This document shows positions 12,319 through 24,723 of a DNA stretch of 64,000 bases, piece after piece. The stretch is from assembly GCA_965655095.1 (NCBI GenBank), contig OZ296656.1:71796001-71860000 (forward strand), in the 5' to 3' direction. Both the position numbers and the translations under genes were made by a program. The first letter of the stretch is position 1. Every line of letters begins with the position of its first letter. The DNA is from Haplodiscus bocki. Its lineage: Eukaryota. A model generated the notes under the pieces. The model did not search any database. It was not told where the DNA came from and was given only the letters and a program-made list of their open reading frames with translations.

Positions 12319-13356
12319 ATGCCGAACATCATGAGTCATAACCACAATACGAGATTGACTTCGACCAAGTACCCTTGTGGTGCATGCGCAGGTGAATGTA
12401 AAGACGGCTCGGTAGCATGTATTCTGTGCAATTCATGGTACCACGCAGGTAACTGCTCAGGATTACCATCAAGCATCTTGATGGCCATGTCAAAAACCTC
12501 GGGACTGGTGTGGCTGTGCAAATCTTGCGAAACGAAGGGTAAGGAACGGTTGTTGAAAGACGAGAAGGAAATTGACGCTAAGGTGCAGGAAACGATTGTT
12601 GCAAAGGTCATGGAAGACAAACTCGATGAGATTAGAGACACCAAAACGAAGCTGATTAAAGATAAACTGTCACTTTTCCAACAAAACCTTGAAGCTAAAC
12701 TTGAAAACTTACTTTCAGAAGACCGAAAAAGCGCACAGAGCTGGTCCGAAGTTACCCAACGGAATGCTCCCTTGGTGAAAGGTTTGGGAACCATCATGAA
12801 AGAGACGATTGAGAACGAAAGACTGGAACAAGCAGATCAAGAAAAACGGGAAAAAAACGTCATCCTTCATCGAGTACATGAGAGTGACAAATCGGAGGCC
12901 AGTGCGAGAGCTGGAGATGACATCAAGTTTTTCAAACAGCTCACCGAAGACGTACTAGGTATTGGTGACCTCAAACCAACAAAAGCAATCAGACTTGGAG
13001 CAAAGAAAACATCAAAGGACAGCGACGGTACTACTGCAGAACGAGTGAGTTCAAGACCACTGAAGATTGTATTGCCTTCCAAGGAGGATCGGGACTTACT
13101 TTTCAGAAATTTGAGAAAGTTGAGAGCAGCAGACAAATCATTCGCTTCAATCAGCGTTTCATACGACCTCTCGCAAGATCTGAGGAAGCAGCTCAAGTTG
13201 AAAATTGAAGAGGCCAAAAACAAAGATGGAGAGAATGCAAAAAACTACATGTACAGAATGAGAGGACCTCCGAACAGACTAGAGGTACAGAAACTGAAGC
13301 GGAAAGTGAAACTGTCAGCGGAGAGCCTAGACGATGCCTTCGTCGTCAATCCCTGA
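12319..13356 (+). CDS. LINE ORF1p: PHD finger, coiled coil, RRM-like region
   Basis: CGAC..CILCNSWYHAGNC..WLCKSC, REKNVILHRVHES, IRLG, RPLKI, SYDL. Confidence 0.88.
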   Translation: MPNIMSHNHNTRLTSTKYPCGACAGECKDGSVACILCNSWYHAGNCSGLPSSILMAMSKTSGLVWLCKSCETKGKERLLKDEKEIDAKVQETIVAKVMEDKLDEIRDTKTKLIKDKLSLFQQNLEAKLENLLSEDRKSAQSWSEVTQRNAPLVKGLGTIMKETIENERLEQADQEKREKNVILHRVHESDKSEASARAGDDIKFFKQLTEDVLGIGDLKPTKAIRLGAKKTSKDSDGTTAERVSSRPLKIVLPSKEDRDLLFRNLRKLRAADKSFASISVSYDLSQDLRKQLKLKIEEAKNKDGENAKNYMYRMRGPPNRLEVQKLKRKVKLSAESLDDAFVVNP

Positions 13357-16203
13357 AGTTTCTTTTTTCCAATACTGATGCGATGACAAACAAAAAGGAG
13401 GAAATCAGTGCAAGGCTAGTAAGTGAGAAGCCGGATGTTTTCGGCCTGATGGAAATAAAACCAAAAAAGCATGGCTTTGTGTTGGAGGAAGCAGATATCG
13501 CTTTTGAAGGATATGACGCATTCTACAGCAAACAAATTAGCAACAAGGAACATCGAGGTACAATAGTATACGTTAGGCAGGATATTGGGCTTCAGTCTAG
13601 TCGAGTTGAGATCAACGGATGCCCAGAAGACACTATTCTTGTTCAACTTTGTAATGGAAAAAAAGAAAAAATCTTGTTCGGGTGCGTCTATCGTCACTGG
13701 AATTCAGATACCCAAGAGCAACAGGCCTTAATGAACACTCTTAGAGCTGTATCACACATGAATTTCACGCACGAAGTTATCGTAGGAGATTTCAACTTCC
13801 CGAAAATTGATTGGTCCTTGAACTGGACACCGCTTAGTGAGAACAGTAACGAGCACTCATTCACTGAATTGGTAAGGGACTGCTTCTGGCACCAACACGT
13901 CCAATTTGCAACAAGAGGCAGAGGATCTGATGACCCTAGCATTCTTGATCTTGTCTTCACGGATGCAGATACAGAGATCGACGACATGGAGTGCCAAGCT
14001 CCTTTTGGAAAGAGTGACCATTCGGTGATTTCTTTCGAACTCTCCCAGGTGGAAAGAACACGCTGCAAAAAAGGAACAAGATGGAAGTATGCTAAGGGAG
14101 ACTACGAAAGCATGCGCGAGGTACTGTCAAACAACCACTGGGTTGATGTACTCTCTACTGCCCCAAGTGTCAACGAAGCATGGAATCTTGTAAAAGAAAG
14201 AATCAGCGCAGCAGTAGAAAAGTTTGTGCCAAAAGCCATTTCCGGATCCACAAAACAGTTTTCGGTTCCCTTGGATAAAGACCTCTTACAACAAATCCGA
14301 AAGAAGAACAGCCTCTGGAGAAAATACCTCAGAGTCAAAACAAAAACAGCTTACAACGAGTTCTGCAGAGCGAGAAATTACATCCGGAGTCGAACAAGGT
14401 CCAAAGCTAGAGAAATTGAAGATGAAATTGCCCGGGAAGCAAAACGAAACCCGAAGAGATTTTGGACCTTTGTGAACTCAAAAGTTAAAGCCAGAACTGG
14501 CATAAGTGACCTCGTCTTGGAAGACGGAGAGGTAGTATCCTCAGACACCAGAAAGGCTGAAGTCTTGAATACCTACTTCAGCAGTGTTTTTGTAGAAGAG
14601 AAAACCCCTCCCCCGGAAATTGACGAATTTGTTGTCGACTCATACATTGAGGAGCCCCTCATAACTGAATCAGCCATCAGAAAGAAGTTGGCAGAATTAA
14701 ACAGGACAAAGTCACCGGGCTTTGACGAAATCCATCCTCATGTGCTTGCCGAACTGTCAGAAGTTTTGACTGAACCACTGCAGATCATTTTTTCAAGCAC
14801 CATTGCTGAAAGCGAGCTACCCGAGGACTGGAAGGAGGCGAGGGTGACAGCACTCTTCAAGAAAGGTGACAAAAAGAAAGTGGAGAACTATCGACCGGTC
14901 AGCCTAACATGCATCGCATGTAAAGTACTAGAAAGCATTATCAGAGATGATATCATTTCCCACATGACGTCGAACAACTTGATTTCAGATAGACAATATG
15001 GCTCCGTGAAAGGAAGATCGACGAGTCTACAATTGCTGAAAGTCTTAGAAGAGTGGACACAGATTCTTGATAGAGGAGGAGGCATTGACTGCGTTTATTG
15101 TGACTTCCAAAATGCCTTCGATAAGGTTCCATATAGGAGACTGATGGCAAAGATCTGGTCATACGGAATTCGAGGAAAGTTATACCGATGGATAGAAACT
15201 CTCCTAACAAACAGGAAGCAACATGTGGCTGTCAACGGTCAAAAATCTAGTCTTGAGTGGAGTCCCGCAAGGAAGCGTTCTAGGGCCACTTCTTTTTGTG
15301 ATCTTCATAAACGACCTACCTGCAGCTGTTGAGAATGAAGTATGGATGTTCGCAGATGATACAAAGATCTACCAAGAGGTGAACTGTAAGGAAGATGGTG
15401 AATCGCTTCAAAATGACCTCTACAGGCTTGAAGATTGGAGCAAAAAATGGCTACTGCCGTTTCATCCAAAAAAGGCAAAGCTCCTAAAGTTTGGAAGAGC
15501 CAAGAAGCTTGAACGAGAGTACTACGCCGAGCGAGGGAAACTACTATCGATCTCAAGCGATAATACTGAGACGGACTTAGGAGTGACATTTGACTCAGAC
15601 CTGAAATTCGAAAAACACATTGTGAATAAAGTCAATAAAGCCAATCGATTGGTTGGCCTCATCAAACGGACCTTTCAATTGGATATTTTGAAGTTCAGGT
15701 TCCTCTTCCGAGGCATTGTTAGACCGCACCTAGAGTACGCCACTTCTGTATGGAACCCCACGTCAGTCAAACTCCAAAACCTCATCGAGAATGTGCAAAG
15801 AAGGGCTTCAAAACGTGTACATGAGTTAAAAGACCTATCTTACGAAGAGAGACTGAAAAAACTTGACATGCCAACCTTAGCATATAGACGCTTGAGAGGA
15901 GATATGATTGAAGTCTTCAAAATGCTTACCAACAACTCTGGGTACGATCAATCTGTGACGACAAATCTGCTGACCCGTGAGGGGCACAATAGGAGCAGAG
16001 GCCACGCATTGAAGCTGAAAATGAATAAAAGTCGAACTAGCCTTAGGAAGCATTTCTTCACACAGAGGGTGGTGAAAGAGTGGAACAACCTCCCTAGAGA
16101 GGTTATCGAATCCGTTAACACCACTACATTCAAATCAAGGCTGGACAAATGCTGGGAGAATAGAAAATTCATGTTGAGACCAACTCAGATGACGTTGCAG
16201 TGA
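13350..16203 (+). pseudogene. LINE ORF2p (AP endonuclease + reverse transcriptase), one frameshift near 15255
   Basis: LFSNTDAMTNK, VGDFNFP, SDH, KSPGFDEI, NYRPVSLT, DFQNAFDKV, GVPQGSVLGP, FADD, WNNLP. ORF-track pieces 13383-15332 and 15223-16203. Confidence 0.93.
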
Positions 16204-16288
16204 GGTCCAGTAACACTTGCAGTGAAAGAAGTCACTAGCACTGGGAGCTGTGAATAGAGGACTACCTGCTCACAGTACTGAACAGATG

Positions 16289-19170
16289 AACAGATGAAAA
16301 CTTTCACAACCAATGACTATGCATTCTGCAACCAGACGTGTTATTTCTCGCTTTCAATGTTGGAGATTTACAAAACCATGATAAAACTTACTTTTGCCAA
16401 CAAAGTAAACCAGCTTCCACTTATATTTTCAATGATTACTGAAAATTGGTTGTACAGCACTGTTTTTGATTCGGAGTTCTTTATCCACGTTTACTTTTTT
16501 ACAGATCAGAAAGAGAAGCAAATAATGCAAAAAAAAGTAAACATGGGGGAGTCTTGATTGGTATACGATCTGATCTAGTTTCACAATTAGTTCCAAATGA
16601 AGACGCACCAGTTGGCTTGCATAGTGACATTGGGAGAGCGATGTGTCCTTTTAGCCTGCTTGTGTAATCCACCATAGGGTAGCCCGTATTTCATGGCACA
16701 ATCGGCTTTAAAGTCACTACTCAGGAACATTCTTGAGTACTCTTCACAAGTTAATTCCACTATTGTGTACGGAGATTTCAATTAACCAGTCATTACTTGG
16801 AAAGATTACTCCTCCAGCATTCCAGATAACCAATGTTTCATTGATTTGATGGTGGACAACGAGTTGAATCGGGTAATAGATTTTCCCACCGCTGCTACCG
16901 CTATATTGGATCTTATCTTCGTTAGCAAAGACCTCGAAGTTACTTCATGTAAGCTTGGTGGCGATCAAATGAACTATTCATCCAACCACTACAGCATTTT
17001 AACTGAAATTAAAATTCAGGATTTTAAGTCACTTTAATTTAGACCGGGAAAGCCAACCGCTATCTTCAGTTGTTGCAATGGGGGTTCGATGAGCTTAATT
17101 CCCTTATCGAGGAAAAACCGTTCTCAGGGGTAAGTTGGAGCAATGTAAACGTTCTTATTCAACAATGGATTAATTGGATTAAATTGTTCGTTTTCCAGAC
17201 AGATCCCCTTAGGAAGAAGCATCGGTTCCATTTGTCGCCTTGGGTTACTCCCTGTACTTCGAATCTAATTAAACTAGAAACGACCAAACGCAATCAAGCT
17301 ATAACCATACGAAAATTCGCTGTCTTCAAAAGTCTTGCGAAGATAGTCCTGAACCAGCTGGAGCAAATTTCGAAACTAAGCTTTCCGACACAAGATCTAC
17401 ATGTCAACTTTTCAAGTACTTTCGAACCTTCAAATCAACTCGTCTTCCTAGTTCAATCTTTCACAGAAATGAAATTGCGACTGATTCAAAATCGCAAAGC
17501 GACCAGTTCTCTAATTTCTTTGCTTCCATTTTTGCCGTATCTACAGACTTCATCCCAATGGAAGAATGCATTTCTGAGAAGCTTTTGCTCGTTTTTAGCG
17601 TCTCTGAAGAGCAAATTCAGCTCATCTGTGAAAATCCTAATATTAAAAAGCGACTGGTCAAGATCAATTACCCGCCATTGAAGAACTATCAGCAAATCTT
17701 TGGCCAAGTTGTTTTACAGAATTAAACAGAGATCTCTTCCCTTATTGTTGGAAGAACTCGATTGTTAGTCCAACTTTCAAAAAAAGGTCGAAATCGAATG
17801 TAGAAAAATATTGAAAAGTCTCTCTCGAGCATCCTATCGAAAATCTTTGAGCGCTGTCTTTTATTGACCTGTACAGTTTTCTGAACCATTCTTCCAATTT
17901 GGATTTCGAAAACAACGTTCTTGCATACTTCAATCACTGATTTTTCTCGACCAAGTGTACAATTCCTTAAACTTTGATGACGAAATTCACGTAGTTTACA
18001 CAGATTACGAGAAAGCTTTTGATAATGTCGATCACGGCATTCTGCTGGAAAAGCTCTACAGAATGAGTATACGAGGAAAAGTATTCAAATTGTTACGCTC
18101 CTACTTAGCCATCAGAACACAGCGTGTTAGAGTTGATGGAACATTTTCACAAGAAGTTCTAGTTACAATTGGCGTACCACAAAGGTCTATCCTTGCCAGT
18201 CTACTCTTCGTTATTTATATCAACGACCTGCCAAACACCTGTGAGTCGTGCCAACCATTGTTATGCGCTGACGATGCAAAATTCATTTCGATGAATAAGT
18301 CTACCTGGCAATTCCAAATAGACTTATCACGTATTAAAAGATAGAGTGACCGATACAAATTACCACTCAACATAAGAAATTGCTCTCACACTGACTTTGG
18401 CAGTAGCGACAAAACGTTTTTCGTCTCCGGTGATGAAATGAAGAAATAGATCGTGCAAAACGATTTCAATTTTTTGATCTCTCATGGCCTCAAGTGAACT
18501 GATCATATAAAAGCAGCTTGCAGCAAAGCACCCAGTGTTCTCTTCTTTTTGAAAGGAAGTTCTCCCCTCGTTACAATGCCAGCTAAGTTGAACCTATTTA
18601 AATCAATGATTGTTTCCGCCCTAATTTACGCAAGCACTTGTTGGTATGCTAATGTCGACAGATTAAAAGCCTTGGAATGCGTCCAGAAATGATCTCTGAA
18701 ATGGGTCTGCTGGGAGCAGAAAAGCACCTAGAAAGAACTTCTGTCAAAAGTAGAAATTTTACCGCTCCTCTTATACATGCAATTACAGGATCTGCTCACT
18801 CTTTCTAAGTGTACGACGAGTTTTTATGACTACGATTTTAATTCATACATTTGTTTGAGGAACTGCCCTGGAGAAATTCGATCTTCTAGTGAAGTGAGAA
18901 TCGACTATCGCAAACCTCGAAAACGCCAGTATGAGCAAAACTTCTATCGTGCAGGTGCCCTCGTGAATAGGCTGCCGACAACCATTGATATCTAACCCTA
19001 CTGGTCTCAAGCAACGTCTACTTCGTGCTCCTTGGTCATTCTTCAGCGACATACAATGAACTCGTCAGTGCTAATTGGAGAATGTAGTTAGCCGGCTTTC
19101 AACGACACGACCATAAAGGAAGACGATCCCGGCGCCAGAAGATTCTGGCCAAATCCCAATTACTACTACT
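16289..19170 (+). mobile_element. 3' part (decayed APE-RT ORF2, 3' stem-loop, (TAC)n tail) of the same older LINE
   Basis: ITENWL, GDFN, ILDLIF, YTDYEKAFDNVDH, GVPQRSILASLLFVIYINDLP and CADD across frameshifts. Hairpin GCCAGA-AGAT-TCTGGC at 19134-19149, then tactactact. Confidence 0.85.
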
Positions 19171-19989
19171 GCATTACATCATAAAACCTTCAGAACCTAC
19201 TTTGCATTGTAATTTTATTGGTGTTTGAGTCAAATGAATCATTTTTGGATTGGAAAGCCATTCCGTTCCGCTCATTGGTGAATATTGGCTTATCATATGG
19301 TACATCTTCGTTCTTTCATGTCGTTTGCGAGTTCAACCAGTTGTGCTTTCCATTATCGAGTCTGTGACGTTCTAAAGCTTCCGTATAAGACCTTCCTCAA
19401 TTTTTTCCGATTAGCCGTTAATATGTGAGTAGGATTGTTTCCAGTATCTCCCAATCTACTGAAAAAAAAAGTATTCCCTAGCAAGTACATACTTGGGGGT
19501 GGGGGTTTCTGGAGAACACAGAAACTCCCCTGCTGTATAACTCCCCTGGTAGCCTTTTCCAGTTGGGCTGTGTCGATGAAAGGAAGGCGATTTTTGGGTA
19601 CCCTTTTTTAGCATTCGAAAGACATGCCCTAAATATTTCTGGACCAAGTGAAGAATCTCACCCCTAACTACTACTAAGGGGAAATTGTTGACTAGGTTAG
19701 TTGAAGCAAACAATACATGAGCATTCATTCTTCGTATCAGGGCTATTCACCTAAGAGCATCACTTGTTACTAGTGACGCTAGGTATGTATCCCCAAGAGT
19801 AGCGAGAGACGGTGCAGTTGTGCTGAAGGCACCGAATCCAGTACTCATCAACTATAGGCATACACGGTTCCCTCAGAAAAAGAAATTGATTAATACAGAA
19901 GAGAAAACAATCAGAGCTATCCAACTGAGTATCAGTTGTTACTACTGACGCCAACTACGTATCCCAGAGAGTAGCGCGAGCATGCATCG

Positions 19990-22100
19990 TCAAGAGGAAA
20001 CAGCTATCACGGGAAAGCACAACGTAAGGTGGCCCCTTCGCAATGGCGATGTACGGCATGGCAATTCCCCACTAATTGAAAAAATTGAAAACGAACGAAC
20101 CACGCAGATATGGTACGCAGATGACGGATCAGTGGGAGGGAAGTTGAAAAGTCCTTGACAACGTCATCAAATATGGAAAACACTCTGGCTATGGTGTGAA
20201 ACTTGGCCTCAGTAGAAAACACACGAAGCCAGCTGATTGTCCTGGCGCTGACAAAATATGGCTTAAACCTGAAGAAGTCAGGTTTTTGAGAGGGATTGCT
20301 TTTACGATATGTGACCGAGTCCTGAAAGGCACCTAAAGTGTGACCACCATTATTTTAAGATTGCCCATACACTGCATTGTGCCGAAACTGGATGTACACA
20401 CATGCTTCAAACGTTCCAATGGTAATGAGGCACAATTTAGCAGAAGTCTTGGATGAAGTGTGCTAAGATGTCGAAATCAAACTTCTTCCGCAACCATTGC
20501 AAGTCGAAAATTTTGACAAGTCAGTCACAGCCGAAGATGAAGAACATCGCCTAGACACTAAAGCAAATGGTCTATAGCGGCACCGTTTTAGACGATACAC
20601 GATGTTCTTTGATGTAAAGATCTTCAATCCGTTTGAAGAACAGTCAAAAATATTGTCAGATCACTGCATATTTACAACAAAGCAGGTCAAATTTATTACG
20701 GACGGCTTTCGTTCTTTTTCTATGCGTCTCCAGCTCCATCAAATTGAAGACCACTAGCAGTGTGCAAGCTTTCAATTTTTCTGGTTAAATCGTTAAACTT
20801 CTCGAGTAAGGAGTCTCGCTTACCACGCTGACATTCCCAAGTGTGCGCTCTCACATCCCGCGCATAAAATGGCAAAAAGATAAACTTAAGCTGATGAAGT
20901 AATAAAAATAGCATGCAAGATGAATTCTGATCGCACCCGGCAATAGTTTTTTTCTGAGACTTCCCATGGATTCTTCCATTAGTATTCTTTCGAGACGAGA
21001 GAGTGTTGTTTTCCGTAATTCCAGGCGAAGGTAAATGTTGAATTCAAATTTTCCTTTTTCGATGTTTTGGCAATCCCTTATTTTTCCATCGAATATATGA
21101 CGCCAATGCCTTTCTCTACGCCCCTGGATTTTTAATAAGAATCAACGGAAGTTTCTGTTGTGTTTTTGGCTGGGTGATGGAAAACTTTTGACACGGTTCG
21201 ATTATTTCAAGCGATGGTTGCAAAAAGTTTTGAAGACAAGGATTTTTTTGAAAGAAAATGGCACGAAAACGTTCCTCCACACCTATAGTTGTCATTGTGA
21301 GAAAAACCTGATGTTCTGGCAGTCTTCTTGTTTCATTTTGTGCACGATGCTTTGCAATGGAAACCTCAGAAGAAAGAACACGAAGCCAGCTGGTTGTCCT
21401 GGCGCTGACAAAATATAGCTTTAACCTAAAGTCAGGTTTTTGAGAAGCATTGATTTTACGATATGTGACTGAGTCCGGAAAGGCACCTAAAGTGTGACCA
21501 CCATTATTTTAAGATTGCCCATACACTGCATTGTGCCAAAAGTGGATGTACACACATGCTTCAAACGTTCCAATGGTAATCAGGGACAATTTAGCAGAAG
21601 TCTTGGATGAAGTATGCTAAGATGTCGAAATCAAACTTCTTCCGCAACCATTGCAAGTCGAAAATTTTGACAAGTCAGTCACAGCCGAAGATGAAGAACA
21701 TCGCCTAGACACTAAAGCAAATGGTCTATAGCGGCACCGTTTTATACGATACACGATGTTCTTTGATGTAAAGATCTTCAATCCGTTTGAAGAAGTCAAA
21801 AATATTGTCAGATCACTTCATATATCGAACACTTGAAAAATTGAAATACCAGCAACGACTTTTGGATATCAAACGAAGCAGTTTTTGCGCTAATATTCTG
21901 CACAGGTGATGCTGCGCCGGGTGCAACAAAAGCAATGCATGATCCCGTGGTGAAGATAAGAGAAGACGATCGGAATCAGTGACTTATGAACGAAAATGAG
22001 CTTTGCTCTGCTCAGTAGAGCGACACTTTGTTGGAGGGGTTTTAGATGGATGAAAAGGATCGAATCGGCAGAAAATCTGGGTGGAGCGATCGTAGAAAAG
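19990..22100 (+). mobile_element. Degraded, internally deleted CRE-clade (RLE-type) non-LTR retrotransposon pieces; 20221-20670 duplicated at 21378-21820
   Basis: GPFAMAMYG and IWYADDG (RT), then HTLHC, AEVLDEVC.DVEI..QPLQ, RLDTKANGL and FFDVKIFNP (CCHC/RLE region typical of CRE). Confidence 0.65.
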
Positions 22101-23103
22101 AAGAGGGCGCGAAGCCAAGTCCAATTTTTTTAAAATTCAAAACCTCCTCATGGGGTGCAGTGAATGCTTGCTGCCTCCAACTTGTGTTTATATGAACAAT
22201 GGAATCGCTCCATCACACTCTATAACAGGGGTACGGCATGCAGCATATAAGGCAACCGCATCTTGAAGTCTTCCCTATAATATAATAGACTTCTTCAACA
22301 ACTCCCAGACTACACTCCTTTCAAAGATCACATATCTTTTGAGCGCAGCTGACGTCTATGCAAGTCATCGTTTTTAATTTGCTTGACATACCGACTTGCA
22401 CGGTCCCCTTAGAGATAGAAATTGGTTAATTAGGAAGAGAAGTTAATTAGAGCTTTTCAACTAAGAGTATAGCTTGTTATTATTAACGCCACTTACATAT
22501 CCCCAAGAGTAGCGAGAGAATGCATGCGGACGATGTATTGGTGCTGTAGGCACGACTAAATACTGATCCACTACATGTGGCGTTTATAGTCTGCGGTGAA
22601 GTTTGTATTCATTGTCACTTTTGCCGGTAAGGGCATTGTTCACTTAGTCTTTCGTTTTTCTCTGGTGAAGACTACTGGTGTTTGATAATTGTTTCCATCA
22701 ACGATAAATTCATGAACTTTTGTTTTACGGTGCGTGATTATGTTTTCTCTCTGGCATGGTCGTCATCATTGTGAACACAACCATTTTTTATTACTTTGAC
22801 ATTTCGGTGTTGTGGAATAATGCTGAAAACATAATTGATAGATTATATAAGGAACAAATTATGAAAGCAACTTGAATACGGGCAATTATTTGACGTTACT
22901 TCCAGCAGAAAATCCATTATTGTAATCGGAAGCTTCCCCCAATTGCTTTTGTACTATACTAATTTCATAGTTCTTAATGCTGATCATGGTTGCTGTCTTA
23001 ATTTAATTTCACCAAAAACTTACTTCAACTTGTTATTTCTCGAGTGTTGCTAAGAACCGCCTCGTGTCTGTGTGACACTTGCTATAGGAAATGTCATGAA
23101 CAC

Positions 23104-24723
23104 TGTGAGCAGCCTCGCCTGGGTCTGAATCAACTGAGTGATGGAACTGATAGACTGAGGAAGTTACTTCAGGATGAGAATCATTCTGGGAACGATCCCA
23201 ATTTGGTTGCTGTTTTTTTACGTCTGTGTTCCACAACGTTTCCGGAGTGTGTCCGTACCCGTGGATTCAGAGAAATTCGTCTAGTTTGGACAGAGCACCC
23301 AAAAATCGGGACTCTGTCCTGCTAAATTCATGGGACAGCTTTTTAGTGACCCTGCCTTCAATCTCCTCGGAGACCTGTATTATGTTTTCCTCGTTGATTC
23401 TATAAACGCACGCGACTGGCCCTTCCAAGGATGTTCCTCTTGTGTTTCCCCTGCAACGGCTGCCAACTTTTGCTTGTTTCTGAATGTCGCCATCTTTTGA
23501 AGGGAAAATGTTAAAAGTAGTGAAGACGAATTATTTTTTGTACTTTCTAAGCAAATTTAAGAGTACAACACAATGTAGCTCTCCGAAATAAAAACTAGTG
23601 TCATTATTGAAAGTCAACTGAATAATAAAATGAAAATAAGATTCTTGATTATTAGTACTTTCGTTTCTATTTGTACCTTTTCCTTGGTGGAAAACATAAT
23701 TGTTTACACGCCAAGTCAAGGTACAAATAGGAAGAATACTTTAGTTATATTATCTATGAAGAGAAAATGCCGACTCTGCTGGGAAATGAACGCATTTCCA
23801 TCCATTTGTTCCCCTCATAGGCCGCGTCTTTTCCATCTTTCGGTGGAAAATGTACGGTCTTAATCCATGACAAATGGACATCAAAGTGCTTATTCCGGCG
23901 CCGACTCAATGAATATCGGTATAAACAACAGATCAGAGGGATTTTCCATAATTGGAAACTAGTAAAAAAATTCATGGATAAAACAAAATTCTCAGAATAA
24001 AAGTTCAGCATTTCTTGCCTAAATGTGTAACAAATACATGTCTGCTTAGTGCGCTTTATTTAGGACGGAAATTGGAGTGGAACTAATAGTGCTCCTAGTC
24101 TGTTCCTCATTTCTACTGCTCAATTTTTTGTTTCTACTGGGATGTTCCGGAACGGTTCCGTATTCGCTTGTAGCACTGCTTGTGGCAGTGCTGCTGAATG
24201 AGTGAAATGAGTGATTACGGAACTGTTCCGTAATTGGCCAAAACGGCCCAGCATCATAGCACAGCAGTTGGAATGATTTTAGCGACGTCACCAGATTGGT
24301 AGCGACGGAACACGTACGGAACAAATATTCACTTTTGATGTCACTTTTTGTACGCTATAGTTGCTTTTAATACATCTCATTGACAGCGTCAATTTAACTA
24401 ATTTACTGCACTCTAGCTCTTGATAAGGTAGATTTACATTAAGTAAACGCGTAAATTAATATAAATATAGCACTTTTTAATTTCTAATTAACTCTTGAGT
24501 GAATATTTTTTTTGTTCCATAACGGTTCCGACCCAATCTGGATCAGTACACTAGGATGATACGTATATACTACGGATCAGTTACATGACATGAAATTAAT
24601 ATATACATAAAACGTAAAGTTCATTTTTTTATGTAGTCTTATCTACTTAGTTTCTTGACGATCCGGGGATATTCCTTTCTTTCCGCAGCACTTGCCCCTA
24701 GGCTTCGCATATATGCTGCGACA
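23104..24723 (-). mobile_element. Solo Gypsy-type LTR (1620 bp) carrying a decayed Gag-N-terminal ORF at 23493-23104
   Basis: Minus strand TGTCGCAG...GCTCACA. 5-bp TSD AACAC at 23099-23103 and 24724-24728. Same TGTCGCAG start as the LTRs at 44999 and 60555. Confidence 0.85.

Larger units (their letters stand above)
11434..16288 (+). mobile_element. Near full-length CR1-like LINE with three ORFs, nested in the older LINE
   Basis: Flanked by AACAGAT at 11427-11433 and 16289-16295. Contains an esterase-like ORF, PHD ORF1, APE-RT ORF2, a 3' UTR stem (CTGTGA..TCACAG) and a GAACAGAT tail. Confidence 0.85.

Noticed and set aside
11496-16172. Numerous antisense ORFs over the LINE (and similar ones over gag/pol)
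   Set aside because: Shadow ORFs of real coding frames.
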